Shown piece by piece: positions 38,907 to 50,812 of a stretch of 64,000 bases of DNA. The stretch is from Geosiphon pyriformis uo1. Its lineage: Eukaryota; Fungi; Glomeromycota. The stretch spans positions 620,001-684,000 of the forward strand of contig JAAOMT010000303.1 of NCBI GenBank assembly GCA_016748015.1, given 5' to 3'. The stretch's first letter is position 1, and every line of letters begins with the position of its first letter. The position numbers and the translations under genes are program-made. Under the pieces are notes generated by a model, which had not been told where the DNA came from, searched no databases, and saw nothing but the letters and a program-made list of their open reading frames with translations.

Positions 38907-39428
38907 ATATAAGTGATGAATCTTTTAACTATAGAAAAACATATAAAAATATATATAAAAAATCAAAAATAATAAAACAATATTTATTAATTCAATCTTT
39001 TTTTTTTGTTTATTTTTTTTTTCTTATTTACAAATATCTAAACATCTTGGAATAAAAAATTACTTGTTGGCATATATCTATTTTTTTCTAATTTGTATAA
39101 TTGTAGTATTTAAAGATTATTGAATAAAATATAACTGAAAAGTTTATCTAATATTTAATATCAAATTTTAAAAGCACTAATATAAAACATAAAATTATAT
39201 CAGTATATTATTATTTATTAACAGTATAAACTATTTTTTTATTTTCAAATTCTCTAATTATTTTTTGAAAAGATTAATAACTGAGATATTTTATAAGACT
39301 GATCTTATATATTGAATTTATATTCATTTAATTTGCTCTTTAAAGTTGAATTTTTTTTGATTAATTTCATTACTTTGTAATTCTGTTTTTTTTTATTATC
39401 TATTAATTTGTTACTCCAATTTGTAACA
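38907..39428 (+). mobile_element. Old, strongly AT-shifted partial family A LTR (3' two-thirds)
   Basis: Colinear with ~28663-29179; ends TGTAACA at 39428. Confidence 0.8.
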
Positions 39429-40750
39429 TTATTATTAAATCATATACAAATTTTACAATTTTACTAACAACAACTTTAATATTCCCAAAACCAGAAAATA
39501 TTATTTTCTAAATACAAATCTTTGTTTAATACAGTATATACTACAATGTTTTATATATATATTGAAAATAATTATAAAACACAAAATATTACTTAACAAA
39601 AACTTAAAATAAATTTTTATAATTTGGTACATAATTTTAATAAATTATTACAAACAGCAAAATTTATTACATAAAAAATAATTTAAAAATTCAATTTTTT
39701 ACAATACAAATACAAAATATTAAGATACTTTTTATTAAATAAATATTTACAAATAACAATAAATAGACAGTAATACAAAAATTTTATAAAATACATATAT
39801 AAATTAGTTATTGTCTTGTTTATATATTTAGTTGCTATATAAAAATTAGAATATTAAATTAGAAATTACTAAATTTAATTAATGTTTTTAAATAAAATTT
39901 TATTTATAACTATAATATTAAGACCAATTTTCTATTATATATAATAAACAAATTTAAATATATTATAAAAAAATAGTAAATATTATTAAAAATAACTATA
40001 TTACTAACTTTAATATATTGTTTATTAATATAAACAAGAAAAATAAAATCTAAATAAACTATAATATTAGTCAATATATTAATTTTTTTATTTTTTATAA
40101 CATTAAAATATTTTTTAACTTTTACATAAGTTAGAATAAAATTTAATATTAATTATAAAAGTTATATATTATTAGATCTAATTTAAATAAACAAGTATTT
40201 AATATAGTTTGGTTATCTAAATAAATAATAACAACACAAAAATTAAGAACATATTTTAAAGCCAATATAATTGCTTAAAACTTAGCAAATATAAACAAAA
40301 ATAAATTTACAATTTTAATATTAATAGTTAAATTCAAACTAAAAAAAATGAAATAATATTATATTTTACATCAAAAATATTCAAATTTTTTTAAAAATTA
40401 TTTATATATACTTTAAACACATCTAAATTGGCTAACAAAAAATAATTTTTTATTATAAAAAATTATTTAAACTAAAAACATTAAAAAATTAAAAAAACAA
40501 ATTAAAAATAATATAATATGTTGTATTTTATTACTTAAATAATTAATTGTTAAATTAAACCAACTGAAAATAAGATTTTTAGTTTTAATTTATCATATAA
40601 TTTTTTTATAAATAATTAAAAAAGTTTTAATGTAAATTGTTTTAATATCATAAATATTTTTTTTTGTAAATTTAATAATTATTTTTTAAAATTGTAAAAA
40701 ATCCAAAATTGGTTTAATTAATTAAATTTACATATATTTAAATTTTAATA
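39429..40750. other. Extreme AT-rich tract with no recognisable coding content
   Basis: Very few G/C bases and no ORF in the track. Confidence 0.7.
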
Positions 40751-40896
40751 CTGTGTAATTTTAAGCATAATCTTTTTCTTGTCAATCCCCTGACCACAAT
40801 AAGAGCAAAAAAATTTTGGAGAAATCACTTTTCTTTTCATCTTTTTACTCTTTGTTTCCCTAAGTTATTTCATTTAACACATCCTCTTTTGTCATA

Positions 40897-43724
40897 ATGA
40901 AACAATTGAGCTTATCTGCTAGTGGTTCTGGTTCGGTTTCAGCTGGGTTGGGGTCCTGGTCTGGTGAAAAAAAAAAGGCACATGTTAAGAGTATCTACTC
41001 TTATAGTTTTTTATTTAAAAAGCCAAAAAAGCCTAAGACTTCTGGTGTTGTAGTGGATTTGTCAGCTAGATCTTTGTCTGCCAATACATTGTAAGTTACT
41101 GGTGTTGAGCATATTAAATTCTGGGGCAGTGAAATGGACAGTGAAAAAAATAGTGTTAGTGAAGTGTTAAACATGAAAAACATAAAGAACACAGTTACTG
41201 AAGAAATGAGCTACATTGATTTCAATACTTCTGAGATGGACAACATGATAGACGACACAACTCTAAGAAAAACATAAACAAGGACTTATGTGCTAGGACA
41301 GCTGCCAAAAATGCCTTCTTTCAATGCTGTGAGTAATGATGATACCAAATTGGTGCTTCTAACATCTAAGTTTTCTGGATCTCATAAGCTGTCATTGGCT
41401 GAATTACATGTTAGGGAGATTAGGAGTTTTAATTCTGCTAAGTCATTCACACTAAATATAGAGCTGTTAGCAATACCTGGAAAATCTAATGGTGATAAAT
41501 TAATTGCAATCAAAAAAATTTTCTATTAAATTGATGATTTTGGAGAGGCTTTCACTTTCTCAAAATTTTCAAGAATCATTAGATCATTGTTTACATCTGA
41601 AATAAATTTGAAAAAGGCTAGAGAAATAGCAATCAGTAAAAAAATTCTTGTTAATGATGATTTTAGGAAAGTAAACAGCCGATCAGATTGGAAAGTGATT
41701 GTTAAAGAGATCTCAGTTGATCTTCTCAAATTGGCTGTTGAGTCAGTTTTTTCCAAATTTGATAAGGTTGTATTAATCAAGATATAGCTGATTGGCCTAT
41801 GGCAAAAAGCTTTAGTAGAGTTTGATTTATCTGAAATAGCTAGTTTAGTTGCTTCCAATTGATCTGTTCTTATGAAAAAAGATTCTGTGTGTGTGGTTTT
41901 GGCTATTGATGATAAGCAATCATAGATTTCAAGGAACTAATATCAGGCATTGTTATACACATTACTAGTTAGAATTACTACTTATGATCTTTCTGACTTG
42001 TTGAATTCTTATAGTAGAAAAACATGCTTTATTGGTTGCAATCTGAGTTTATATGTTCATAACAGATGTGTAATGGTTTGTTTTGAGGATGAGACATCCA
42101 GAGTGACTGCTGTTGATTTTATTCCAGTTTTTAAGAGTGTGAATTTGTGTTGAGCTGGTCTATCTTTGGCTAGTTGTGCTTAGTGCAAACAATCTGGTCA
42201 TGTTTCCATTAATTGTGTTGTGGGTGAAAATCATGGTGGTCACAGTAAATGGGTGGTTAATTCTCAGAACTGGGTTTGCTTGGCCAATATTTATAAGAAA
42301 AAGCAGGCACTCATCATTTGTCCAGTCTCTTTTGGTGGTAAAACTTGGGCCCAAGTTGCCAGTGGTTTCTCTTCTTTTGTGGTTTCTTCATTTCCTTTTG
42401 GTACTGGTTTGTTTTTTGGTGCTAAGTTCTTTCTTGGTATTATGTCTTCTTTATATGTCTCTGCTTCTTTTGGTGTCTCTGGTTTATATGATTTTTTGGC
42501 ATCTTTGAAACACTTTTTGGAACTTTTAGCCAATCAAGTTTCTAGTGTTATGAAAAAGTTGAATTTTGTGAAACTGGTGCCTCTGTCATTTGTCTCTTAT
42601 GTGCTCTTTTCAGCTGTTCTTATATCTTTGGCTTTGAGTTTGAATTCAAACATAGTATTGAATAGTGTATTAGTGCTTTCTGTTCTCTCTTTTTCTGCTG
42701 TTGAAGATAATGTTTCTGGTTTTAGTTTGAGTAGTTCCAAGGTTCTAACCACCAAGGTGGGTGGTGTTACTCATAAAAATATAGAGAATATATATTAGCA
42801 TAGTTATTAGCCAATCAGAAGTAGACATAGTAAATGTGGAATTTCAGAATTCTTCTCAGGAATTGCAGAATTCCAGGAATTACAGGATTCTCATGAGGAA
42901 TTGCAGGATTCCAGAATTCCAAGACTCCCCTCAAAGGAATTGCAGGATTTCAGGAATTCTAAGATTTCTGTTGTAAAGAATGAAGGAATTAAGGAATCTC
43001 AATTATGTATATATAGCAGTAGTATTAAAAGCTGAAAGAAACAAATCTTCCAGTTTAGATTTCATCTAGACAACCTTCCAAACACAATAAATAACTATTT
43101 GGTATCTCAAATCTAATTCCACTATCAACACTTTATGTTGATAGTAATTGATACTTAAACACACTGGAACAATAGCTCTTGATCACAGCTATTGATGGAA
43201 TACTAATTTGCAAAACTGCCTTGGCTTATTCATTATTTTCTTTTATTTCTTTTTTTTATTTTTATTTTTTATTTTATTGTTGTACACTAATTGGTTGAAT
43301 AAAATACTAGATTACTGACATCAAGGATTGCCTGGTAAAAAACTCCTGCAAGAGAGTAGGACATGTACAGAAGATATGGAATATTTACCAGAGAATTGCC
43401 AGTCATCATGCCGAGAGAAGAATTGACAGAATTGTGATTCTGAAAAGCTACAGATAAAACAACTATTGAATTTCTGTCCATTATACAAAGAACTCAAACC
43501 AAAACCTTCAAATACAAAACCTTCAAATTATTAACATCAATGCAAATAACTTTTAGCACCAAGTTACGGGTTTGTTATTTGATTCAACATCCCAAATAAT
43601 CACTCATAACAGTGGCTTAGAATCAAAGATGGTGTCTTTGGAGACTTTAATTAGTTCAGTGCTGGTTAGATTGGATTGTTTGTGCTCTGAGTCGGGTGTT
43701 CCATTATTTTTTTCATCCCAATGA
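40897..43724 (+). pseudogene. LINE-a ORF1 (nucleic-acid binding, degenerate CCHC knuckle ~42175-42215), interrupted by a solo LTR
   Basis: CA*CKQSGHVSINC knuckle. ...VLTTKVGG|LESKMVSL... reads across the insertion. Homologous to the ORF1 at 51007-62897. Confidence 0.8.
42765..43611 (+). mobile_element. Solo LTR of a third family (847 bp)
   Basis: TGTTA...TAACA termini and a perfect TSD GTGG (42761-42764, 43612-43615). The order CCAAT ~42811, GGAATT repeats, TATATATA ~43008, AATAAA ~43086 suggests plus orientation. Confidence 0.9.
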
Positions 43725-46700
43725 ACATTTTAGTTTGGAAAGTTGTTACTTGCAACATTAGAAAAATGAACAATCCTGTGAAACAGGATGATATTATTTG
43801 TTGGTATAAGAACATGGGCAATTTAATTTCTATTTTTATAAAATCAAAACTAAAAGGAAAGGTTCATCCATGAATTGCTAATAGGTTTGATAATGTTCAG
43901 GTCTTTACTTTTGGTTTGAAATCTGGTTATCTGGATGCTAGTGTTGTTGTCATCATAAATTCTTCTTTAGTAAGGCATATGAGCAAGATTTCTGAAGTGC
44001 CTGGTTGGCTCCTTTCCATTAAATTACTTTTTAAGAATAAAATTTCTGTGTCAATTTTAGGGCTTTACATTGGTGCTTTTTCAGTGGTTTGGTTCTTTTA
44101 GATTGGTGAAATCAACTTTTTTATTGCTAAGGCTGTGAATAAATTTTTTTTCATCATCCTCAGTGGTGATTTCAATGAAGATGGCTCTTATAAGTGTGTG
44201 AGTTTTAAAAAGTGTGTTGATTTGGAACTAATTAATTCTTTGGTCAGTAGCCTGGCTGTTAAAGAATCTACTTGGGCAAACTTTAGGGGTATCATGAAGA
44301 TGATTGATTTTGTGTTTGTTTCTCCAAATCTGGTAAATGTAATAGTGTGTTGAAAAATTTTGGGGATCAGTGAGTATTTTGACATAAATCACAAAACTGT
44401 TTTCATGTCTGTGGGTCTGGATGGCCTTTTAAATATACAATTGACCTTTCTTTGTAAACAAGCAAATAGAGATTGATAGAAGTTCAATTTCAAGAATGCT
44501 GGTAAGGATAAATGGAATGATTTTAAGAATGCCACATTGGTCAATGTAGTGATGTTCTAAAAGAAGTTCACTACAGCTTTGAAGTTCTCAGATTTGAATA
44601 CAATATGAGATGTTATTCATAAAATTATGATTTTTTTGGCTAATGAAATATTCAGAAAGAAATGGTTTAAGAACCTTGGTTATGTCTTTACCAAGGAGTT
44701 TTTAAGATTTATAGATTAGAACTTTTAGTTTTAAAAATTGTTGGGGCTTTTTATAGGGATGATGTTGATAGTTTTGTTTTTCTTATAAAGTGTTGGTGCT
44801 CTTTGGACAATGCTAAGGCTTTAGTTGTTCAAGATTTAGTGGACTTTGATACAACTTTTGATCATGTTTGTTCTGCTCTCTTTGGTGCTAGGAAATCTTA
44901 TTGTGCTTTGAAGTTTGCAGAATCTTTGAGGGCTAAAAAAGTAAACATTAAGTCTGCCATAGATAAAAGGATAGAAAGCTTCAAAATAAATAAAAGTCAT
45001 ACTATTAAAAGTGTATTGAAGTGCCCATTTCACAAAGTAGTACTTGACCATTTGGTTGTTGATGATGAGCTGGTTTTGGAGCCTGGTTTGGTTAAGTCTA
45101 AGATAAATATGACTATGAAAAGTTGGACTCAGAAGCATCAGACAGTTTCTGATGTTTCTAGTGAATGGTGTTATCAGTATTAGCCTTTGGGATATGTTTT
45201 TAATAGAGCTTTTTCTGGTGTAATGTGTTTGATTGATTTTGATGAATTTTTTGGGGTGGTTTTTGGTCTGCTTGATGGCAAAACTGCTGGTCTCTTGGGT
45301 ATTTTGAATGAGCTTTGGAAGCATTGTGATAAATCTATTCTGAAAATGCTCTTAGTGCTTCTGAATTCTTGTTTGTCTGGTGAATCTGTGTTCAGTTCTT
45401 GGAAAGAGACTTGAGTCTCAATAATTCTCAAGCAATATGAGTGAAAGAGTGTTCTAATGAATACTTGCCCTATTGTATTAATTGAAACAACTTGCAAAAT
45501 TCTTTTTAAGATTCTCTCTGATAGGATTTCTTTAGCTTGCAATACTTTTAGTGTACTTTATAGAGACAATTTTTCGGTTTTAAAGGGTACAACAACTTAG
45601 TCTTCCATTTTTGTAATTGGGTCAATCATTAAAGATGCTTTGGAGAAAGACTGGGAGCTCTGACTAGTTTTGCAGGACATGCAAAAAGTGTATAATTTGG
45701 TTGGCTGGAAACATCTTAAGAAGAATTTGGTCAGAATTAAAATTTGTAATAGATTTATTCAATTTTTTAGTAATATTTATAGAAATCATATTAACTAAGT
45801 TATAACAGATTTTGGTTTAACAGACAATTATTGTGTGTATGATAGTTTAGACCAAAGAGAGGTTTTTTCTTTCTTTCTGTGGCATATATTTTATGATCCT
45901 CTGTTGTGTGAAGTCAAGTGTTAGGAAAGTGTGTATGAATACAAAATCAATTCTTATTTTATTTTCAAAAGTGGTTGTGCTGAATTTCAGACTGGAATCT
46001 TTTCTTTTTTTGCTGCTGGCGCTTTCATTGATAATACAATTTGGGTTGGTAGTAGTCAAAATACTACTCAACACATTTTTAATGTTGCTAGTGAATTTTT
46101 CTGAATCAATGACATTTCTATTAATAACGAAAAAACAGTGGCCATTCCCATCAATAGCAGAATTGGCAATCTTTCTCTTTTTATTAGTGGTTTGCCCATC
46201 TCTATTGCCAAAAAAGAGGAATCTCATCAGTATCTGAGTATTTTTTTTTTGACTGAGGGTCTTTCAAAGCCTAATTTGGCCAAGACATATTCGGATGTTT
46301 GTTTTTTTACCAATCTGGTCCTGAGGAAAGCTGTATCAAATAAGCAGTTCCTATATTTGGTGTTTGTGGTTTTCCATCCTATTGTCAACTACAGAACACA
46401 ATTTAGCTTTGTTCCTTTTGGTGTGTGCAACAAGTGGGATGCTCTGATTTGTAAAGGCTTGAAGCTTAAGTCTGGTTTGTCTCTTGATTTTTCTGGTAAT
46501 ACAATTCACTATCCTTTCTTTTATGGTCTGAAATTCTTTTTGCAAATTCAATCTAAAAGTAAGATTGTTTCACTTGTTAGCTTTGTAAACTCTGGTGGAA
46601 TTTTGGATTACTTGTTTTCTTACTGGTTTTATGACTTGCAAGTTTGGTGTTGGCATTCTGTTCATCCATTGGTTTTTTTTGTTTGTACTTATGTCAGTAC

Positions 46701-48407
46701 TTCTAATAATTTTTTGGCAGGCATGGTTTGTATTTTTTTTGATTGTAATTTGTCTCTGAATGATCTTGTAGCCAGTTTTTTTTGGTTTTATGGTGAAGTG
46801 CCTATGTTTGCTGTTCTGGTGAATCAAAGTTTATCAAATTTCCCTTTTTTTTTTAGTGATACAGTATTGCCTTTGTGGATCAACTTTGTGATCATTATGG
46901 TGCTGTTTTTAATTAGTACACTTTTAAGTGGTAGAAGAAATTAGACCCCCATGGCCCTATTTCAAAATGGTTCAAGCTGTTTGCTGCATTTCTCAACAAT
47001 GTAACTTTTTCTCCAACTTATTCTTTGGCTTTGTGTGGTGTTGGTTCTTTGAACATTTTTAGATTTAATAACTTTGTGTCTGTTTGTAATCATTTTTTAT
47101 GAGTTGATACTGGTATTTTATCTGTGTACACGAATGGATCCTTGAAGAACTTGGGCACAGTTAGCTATAAGGCTGGTGCTGCTGCTTTTTTTAAGGACAT
47201 TGGTTTGGATTTGGGTGTTGGTGTATTGGGTTTGATGTCTTCTACTCTGGTAGAATTGCAGGCTATTGTATTGGCTCTGAAGTGTGTTCTCTTATCTAGT
47301 TCTATTCGCTTGTTTTTAGATAGTCAATCTGCTTTGAATACTTGTAAGTTAAAACTGGGTTTAGTGTGTCCTAACTTTTATAATCAGTGTTGGATTGAGC
47401 ATCAATATATTTTTAATGTTATTTGCAGTAAGAATTTGAGAGTTAGTTGGCACAAGGTGAAAGATCACTCTGGTGTTTTGGGGAATGAGTGCACCAATAT
47501 AATTGCTGGTGCTGCTTTTTTTTCAGGTTGGTATCTTCCTCCTCACTTGAATGAACATTTTATTGTGGCTGATGGTGGTGTAGTTTCTGGCAATTCTAAA
47601 TACTTTGTTCATAATATCTATTATTCCATTTGTTATGCATATTAGAAGATTGGTTTTGGATCTAAGTTTTCGAAGAGTGGTTTGCTTTCTGAAATTGACT
47701 GGATCCACTTTTCATTGGTGTGGCATCCTGATTTGCACATGGCTACTGGTTTTACCAGCCAACTCTTAGCTAATGCATGCACTTATTTTATAAAAGCTTT
47801 GTATCATTATCTGTCTGTTGCCATTCAGAAGCATCTTTATAGTAGACTTTATTCCAGTGTTTTGTGTTTATATTGTGATGATGTGGAAGTATCAGATCAT
47901 GTGTTTTTTTGTAGAATTGATAAGTTTGCTCACCATCAGTTATTGAACTCTTATGTAGATTCTTAGTGGGTGCTTTTTGGTTTCACTTATTTTTTTTCAT
48001 GTGTGTTATAACTGTTGTCATCCTGTACTTTTGATTCTTCTATGTCTACAGCTCTTTTCAAAAATTTTGTTTTTTGTGATTGGTTTTATGAAGCTGTTTC
48101 CGTTTTCCATGATCCCAAGTTAGCTGGTTTGGAGATTGTTAAATTTGTGTACTCTCTTAGTATGGCTTTTAGAAATGATATCTGGTTAGTTCATATTAAG
48201 CACCACACCTATATGAAAAAGAATAGTTTAATTTCCCTTAATAGTTTGGCTCTCATCTTGGTTTCTGGTTTGGCTTTGGAGTTTTCTGCTGGTGTGGTGA
48301 AGCTGCTTAGTGTTACTGATGTTTTTGGTATATATTTTAGCTTTCACAAATTTTGTTCATTTTTTTCAGGTATTAGTAGTTCAGTGTTAGTTCATATAGC
48401 TGCATAG
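43721..48407 (+). pseudogene. LINE-a ORF2: AP endonuclease, reverse transcriptase, RNase H, C-terminal zinc knuckle
   Basis: APE: VTCNIR, GDFNE, IDFVFVS. RT: PIVLIE, QDMQKVYN, AFIDNTIW (from FVDD). RNase H: YTNGS, ELQAI, FLDSQSA, WHKVKDHSGVLGNE. Knuckle: CLYCDDVEVSDHVFFC. Confidence 0.92.
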
Positions 48408-48547
48408 TGTTGTTTTGATCAGCCTAAGTGGCTAGTTATGTGTAAAAAGTACATGATTCACACCTAGTTTAGATTATTTCTTTAATGTATAACACTAGGC
48501 TGTGTTTGGATCTCATTCATTAAAATATAAAAAAAAAATACTGTATA

Positions 48548-50812
48548 CTTTTTGTCTTCTTAATTTTATGACTACAACTAAAACAAAGAGTTAAAAAGCT
48601 ATATCTAATATTTTTTCTAAGATACCTAATAAAATTTCAACCAAAAAAGCTTTTTTTGTTGTAAAAGCAATTAAACAAAATGTTTTAAAAGCCTTTTTTT
48701 TACTCAGTAATTGTGAAAAGCTGTTTTTAATAGCTACTAAAGCAACTTCTTTATCTTTGGCTGGTTTTTTATTAATCAAAATTCCTTCAAAGAGACACAC
48801 TTGAGTTAATCTTAGTATTGCCTTTATCTTTTAAAAAGCCCAAAAATTTTTAATAACAGACCAGTCAACAAGCTGGTTTTTATTTTCATAGCTTCTATAC
48901 CAGATGCTGCTAACACTTCTTTAAAAAAAAATAGTCAAAAAAACCAAAAGTTCAAAAAAATAGGAGCAGTCACTTGTCTCTACTATTGTTACACCAAACT
49001 CATTTGTGGTTCTAACTGAGATTTCTACTGTTTCATCCAGCATATTATCTAAGATAGGCCAAGATCAACCACTGGCTGTATTGTCAAATATGGTGTTTTC
49101 TGGCAGATCCTTGCCAGTTCTAAAAGCAAAGCAACTATTTTCTATTGGGTTATCTATTTTTAAAAACTAAGCTGACCAAATAAAAACTAAATTATTTTCT
49201 TCTTTGGTTTCTGGTGCTATTGCTAATGGTGTTTGGAAAACTATTGCTAATTATTAAAGATTTGCTGGATAAGTGGTTTTTACTCTGGTGTCTAATACTA
49301 CTTTCAAGATTAAATTGGTTCATATTAAGGCTGTTTTTCAATCTGTGCATAGTTTTCTGGATGTAAAATCAATGTTAAAGGACAATATGAAGCTTTTCTG
49401 TATGGAGTCTGCTTTTTATGTGTTTTTGAAAGCTGTATTTTTGGTTAAGCTTACAAGTTCTATTTATTTGGCCACTTTCAAAATTGTAAAATCTTTGGTG
49501 GTTTTTGAGTCTGGTTCTTTTTCTGCTGTTGTTGTGCTATATAATATGCTTTTGGGTATATCTGTTGCTAATATTAAGACAATTTTTAATGTGTTTGGTA
49601 GTATTACTTATATTGTGTTAAAACCTACTGGTGTTTGGCAATATGTGGTTGTTTATTTTAAAAAGTTAAACTTTGTTGTGTCTGCTTTTAGTTATTGGTC
49701 AGTTTTGGTGAACAAAAATAGTGTTAGAATCCTTTCTTTGGTAAATCAGAATAAAAATATTCTGTTTCATGATAAGTTTAAGGCCAAGCTGATCAATTTT
49801 TTTTCTGGTTGTACTGTTTTTGAAATCAGTAATATGGTTTTTCAGATTGGTGGTCAAACATGCTTTATTCTTTGCTCTCCTAATTCTGGTCATTGTTCTC
49901 AGTTTGTTTTGGTTACATTTGGATCTTAGGTTGATTTGGATACTGTTATTATTAAGACTAATACACTAAGAAAGTGTTATATCTGGTAAAAAATACTTGA
50001 TTGTTGGTGCTTTTTTAGGTGTCAAGAAATAGACCACTTGGGTGTAAATTGTAAAATGTTTCTGTTTCTTTTTTTCAAGGCTTTCAAAATGTTTGTTTTA
50101 TGCTTTGTAGGCACAAAGTTTTATGTTAAGGTGTCTGCCCCTCTGGGCTCTTCTGAATTCCTTTCATTAATAATTTTTACTTTTTTTGGGGGGGTTGAAA
50201 ATGATCCTTTAATTTTGCCTTAGCTTATGTCTTTGTAATTTAATTTGGCCAAGTTGTTAATGTTAGTTGAATCTATTGTTAAGTTTGTTGGTGAATTGGT
50301 AACTGCTTTTGAACAATTTATTAAAGATGATTTTGTGTTTAACAGCAATCTTAAAAACAAGATTAATAAGCTTATAGTATATTTGAGTGCTTTTAGCAAA
50401 TCTGTTGATAAGTTAAAAAGAAAGGTGGTAGCATTAAAAACTGAGTGTGACATGGAAAATATTGATTTGTCTAGTAATTTTGGTGTTCTAGTTGGAATAA
50501 ATAATAAGGTGTTTGGTAAGTTAATAACACTCTGAAAATTTGAATCTCTTGAAATTAGGTCCAGTTTTATGAAAACAGTTAAGTGATTTGTTGAATTAGT
50601 TTCTAGTAGTTTTACTTTGTTTGATATAATTTAAAATATGTTTATTTTGGACAAGTTTTCTTGTAAGTTGTCAATGTAATATAGTTTGAACTGGTTCAAG
50701 TAGCTGGTTGTATATAGAAAGTACATGAACTTCACTTAATTTAAAATACTTAGTTTGTTTTAAAGTACTAAGTAGTAATTGGGTCATACTTGTTAAACTT
50801 AATAAAAAAAAA
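48548..50812 (+). mobile_element. ORF1-only polyadenylated element (non-autonomous LINE derivative); degenerate ORF ~48568-50679
   Basis: ORF1-like segments (IKTIFNVFGSIT..WQYVVVYF..GGQTCFI; knuckle ..FRCQEIDHLGVNC) parallel those of the flanking LINE ORF1s. No APE or RT. The 3' UTR motif is shared with LINE-a. Poly(A) at ~50804-50812. Confidence 0.72.

Larger units (their letters stand above)
40758..48538 (+). mobile_element. Full-length LINE (LINE-a): ORF1, ORF2 (APE-RT-RNase H-CCHC), 3' UTR, poly(A)
   Basis: Two ORFs and a poly(A) at ~48528-48538. Candidate TSD AATACTGTGTA (40747-40757) / AATACTGTATA (48537-48547). The 5' boundary is approximate. Confidence 0.88.

Noticed and set aside
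28451-38910. F+A' as a three-LTR composite element with an ATAT TSD
   Set aside because: The outer LTRs are different subtypes, whereas retrotransposition would make them identical. The two flanks are non-contiguous LTR parts in opposite orientations, and ATAT is a favoured target anyway.
44836-46827. Minus-strand ORFs 44836..45324, 45847..46227 and 46570..46827
   Set aside because: They are antisense to LINE ORF2, are K/N/Q-rich by composition, and show no domain motifs.
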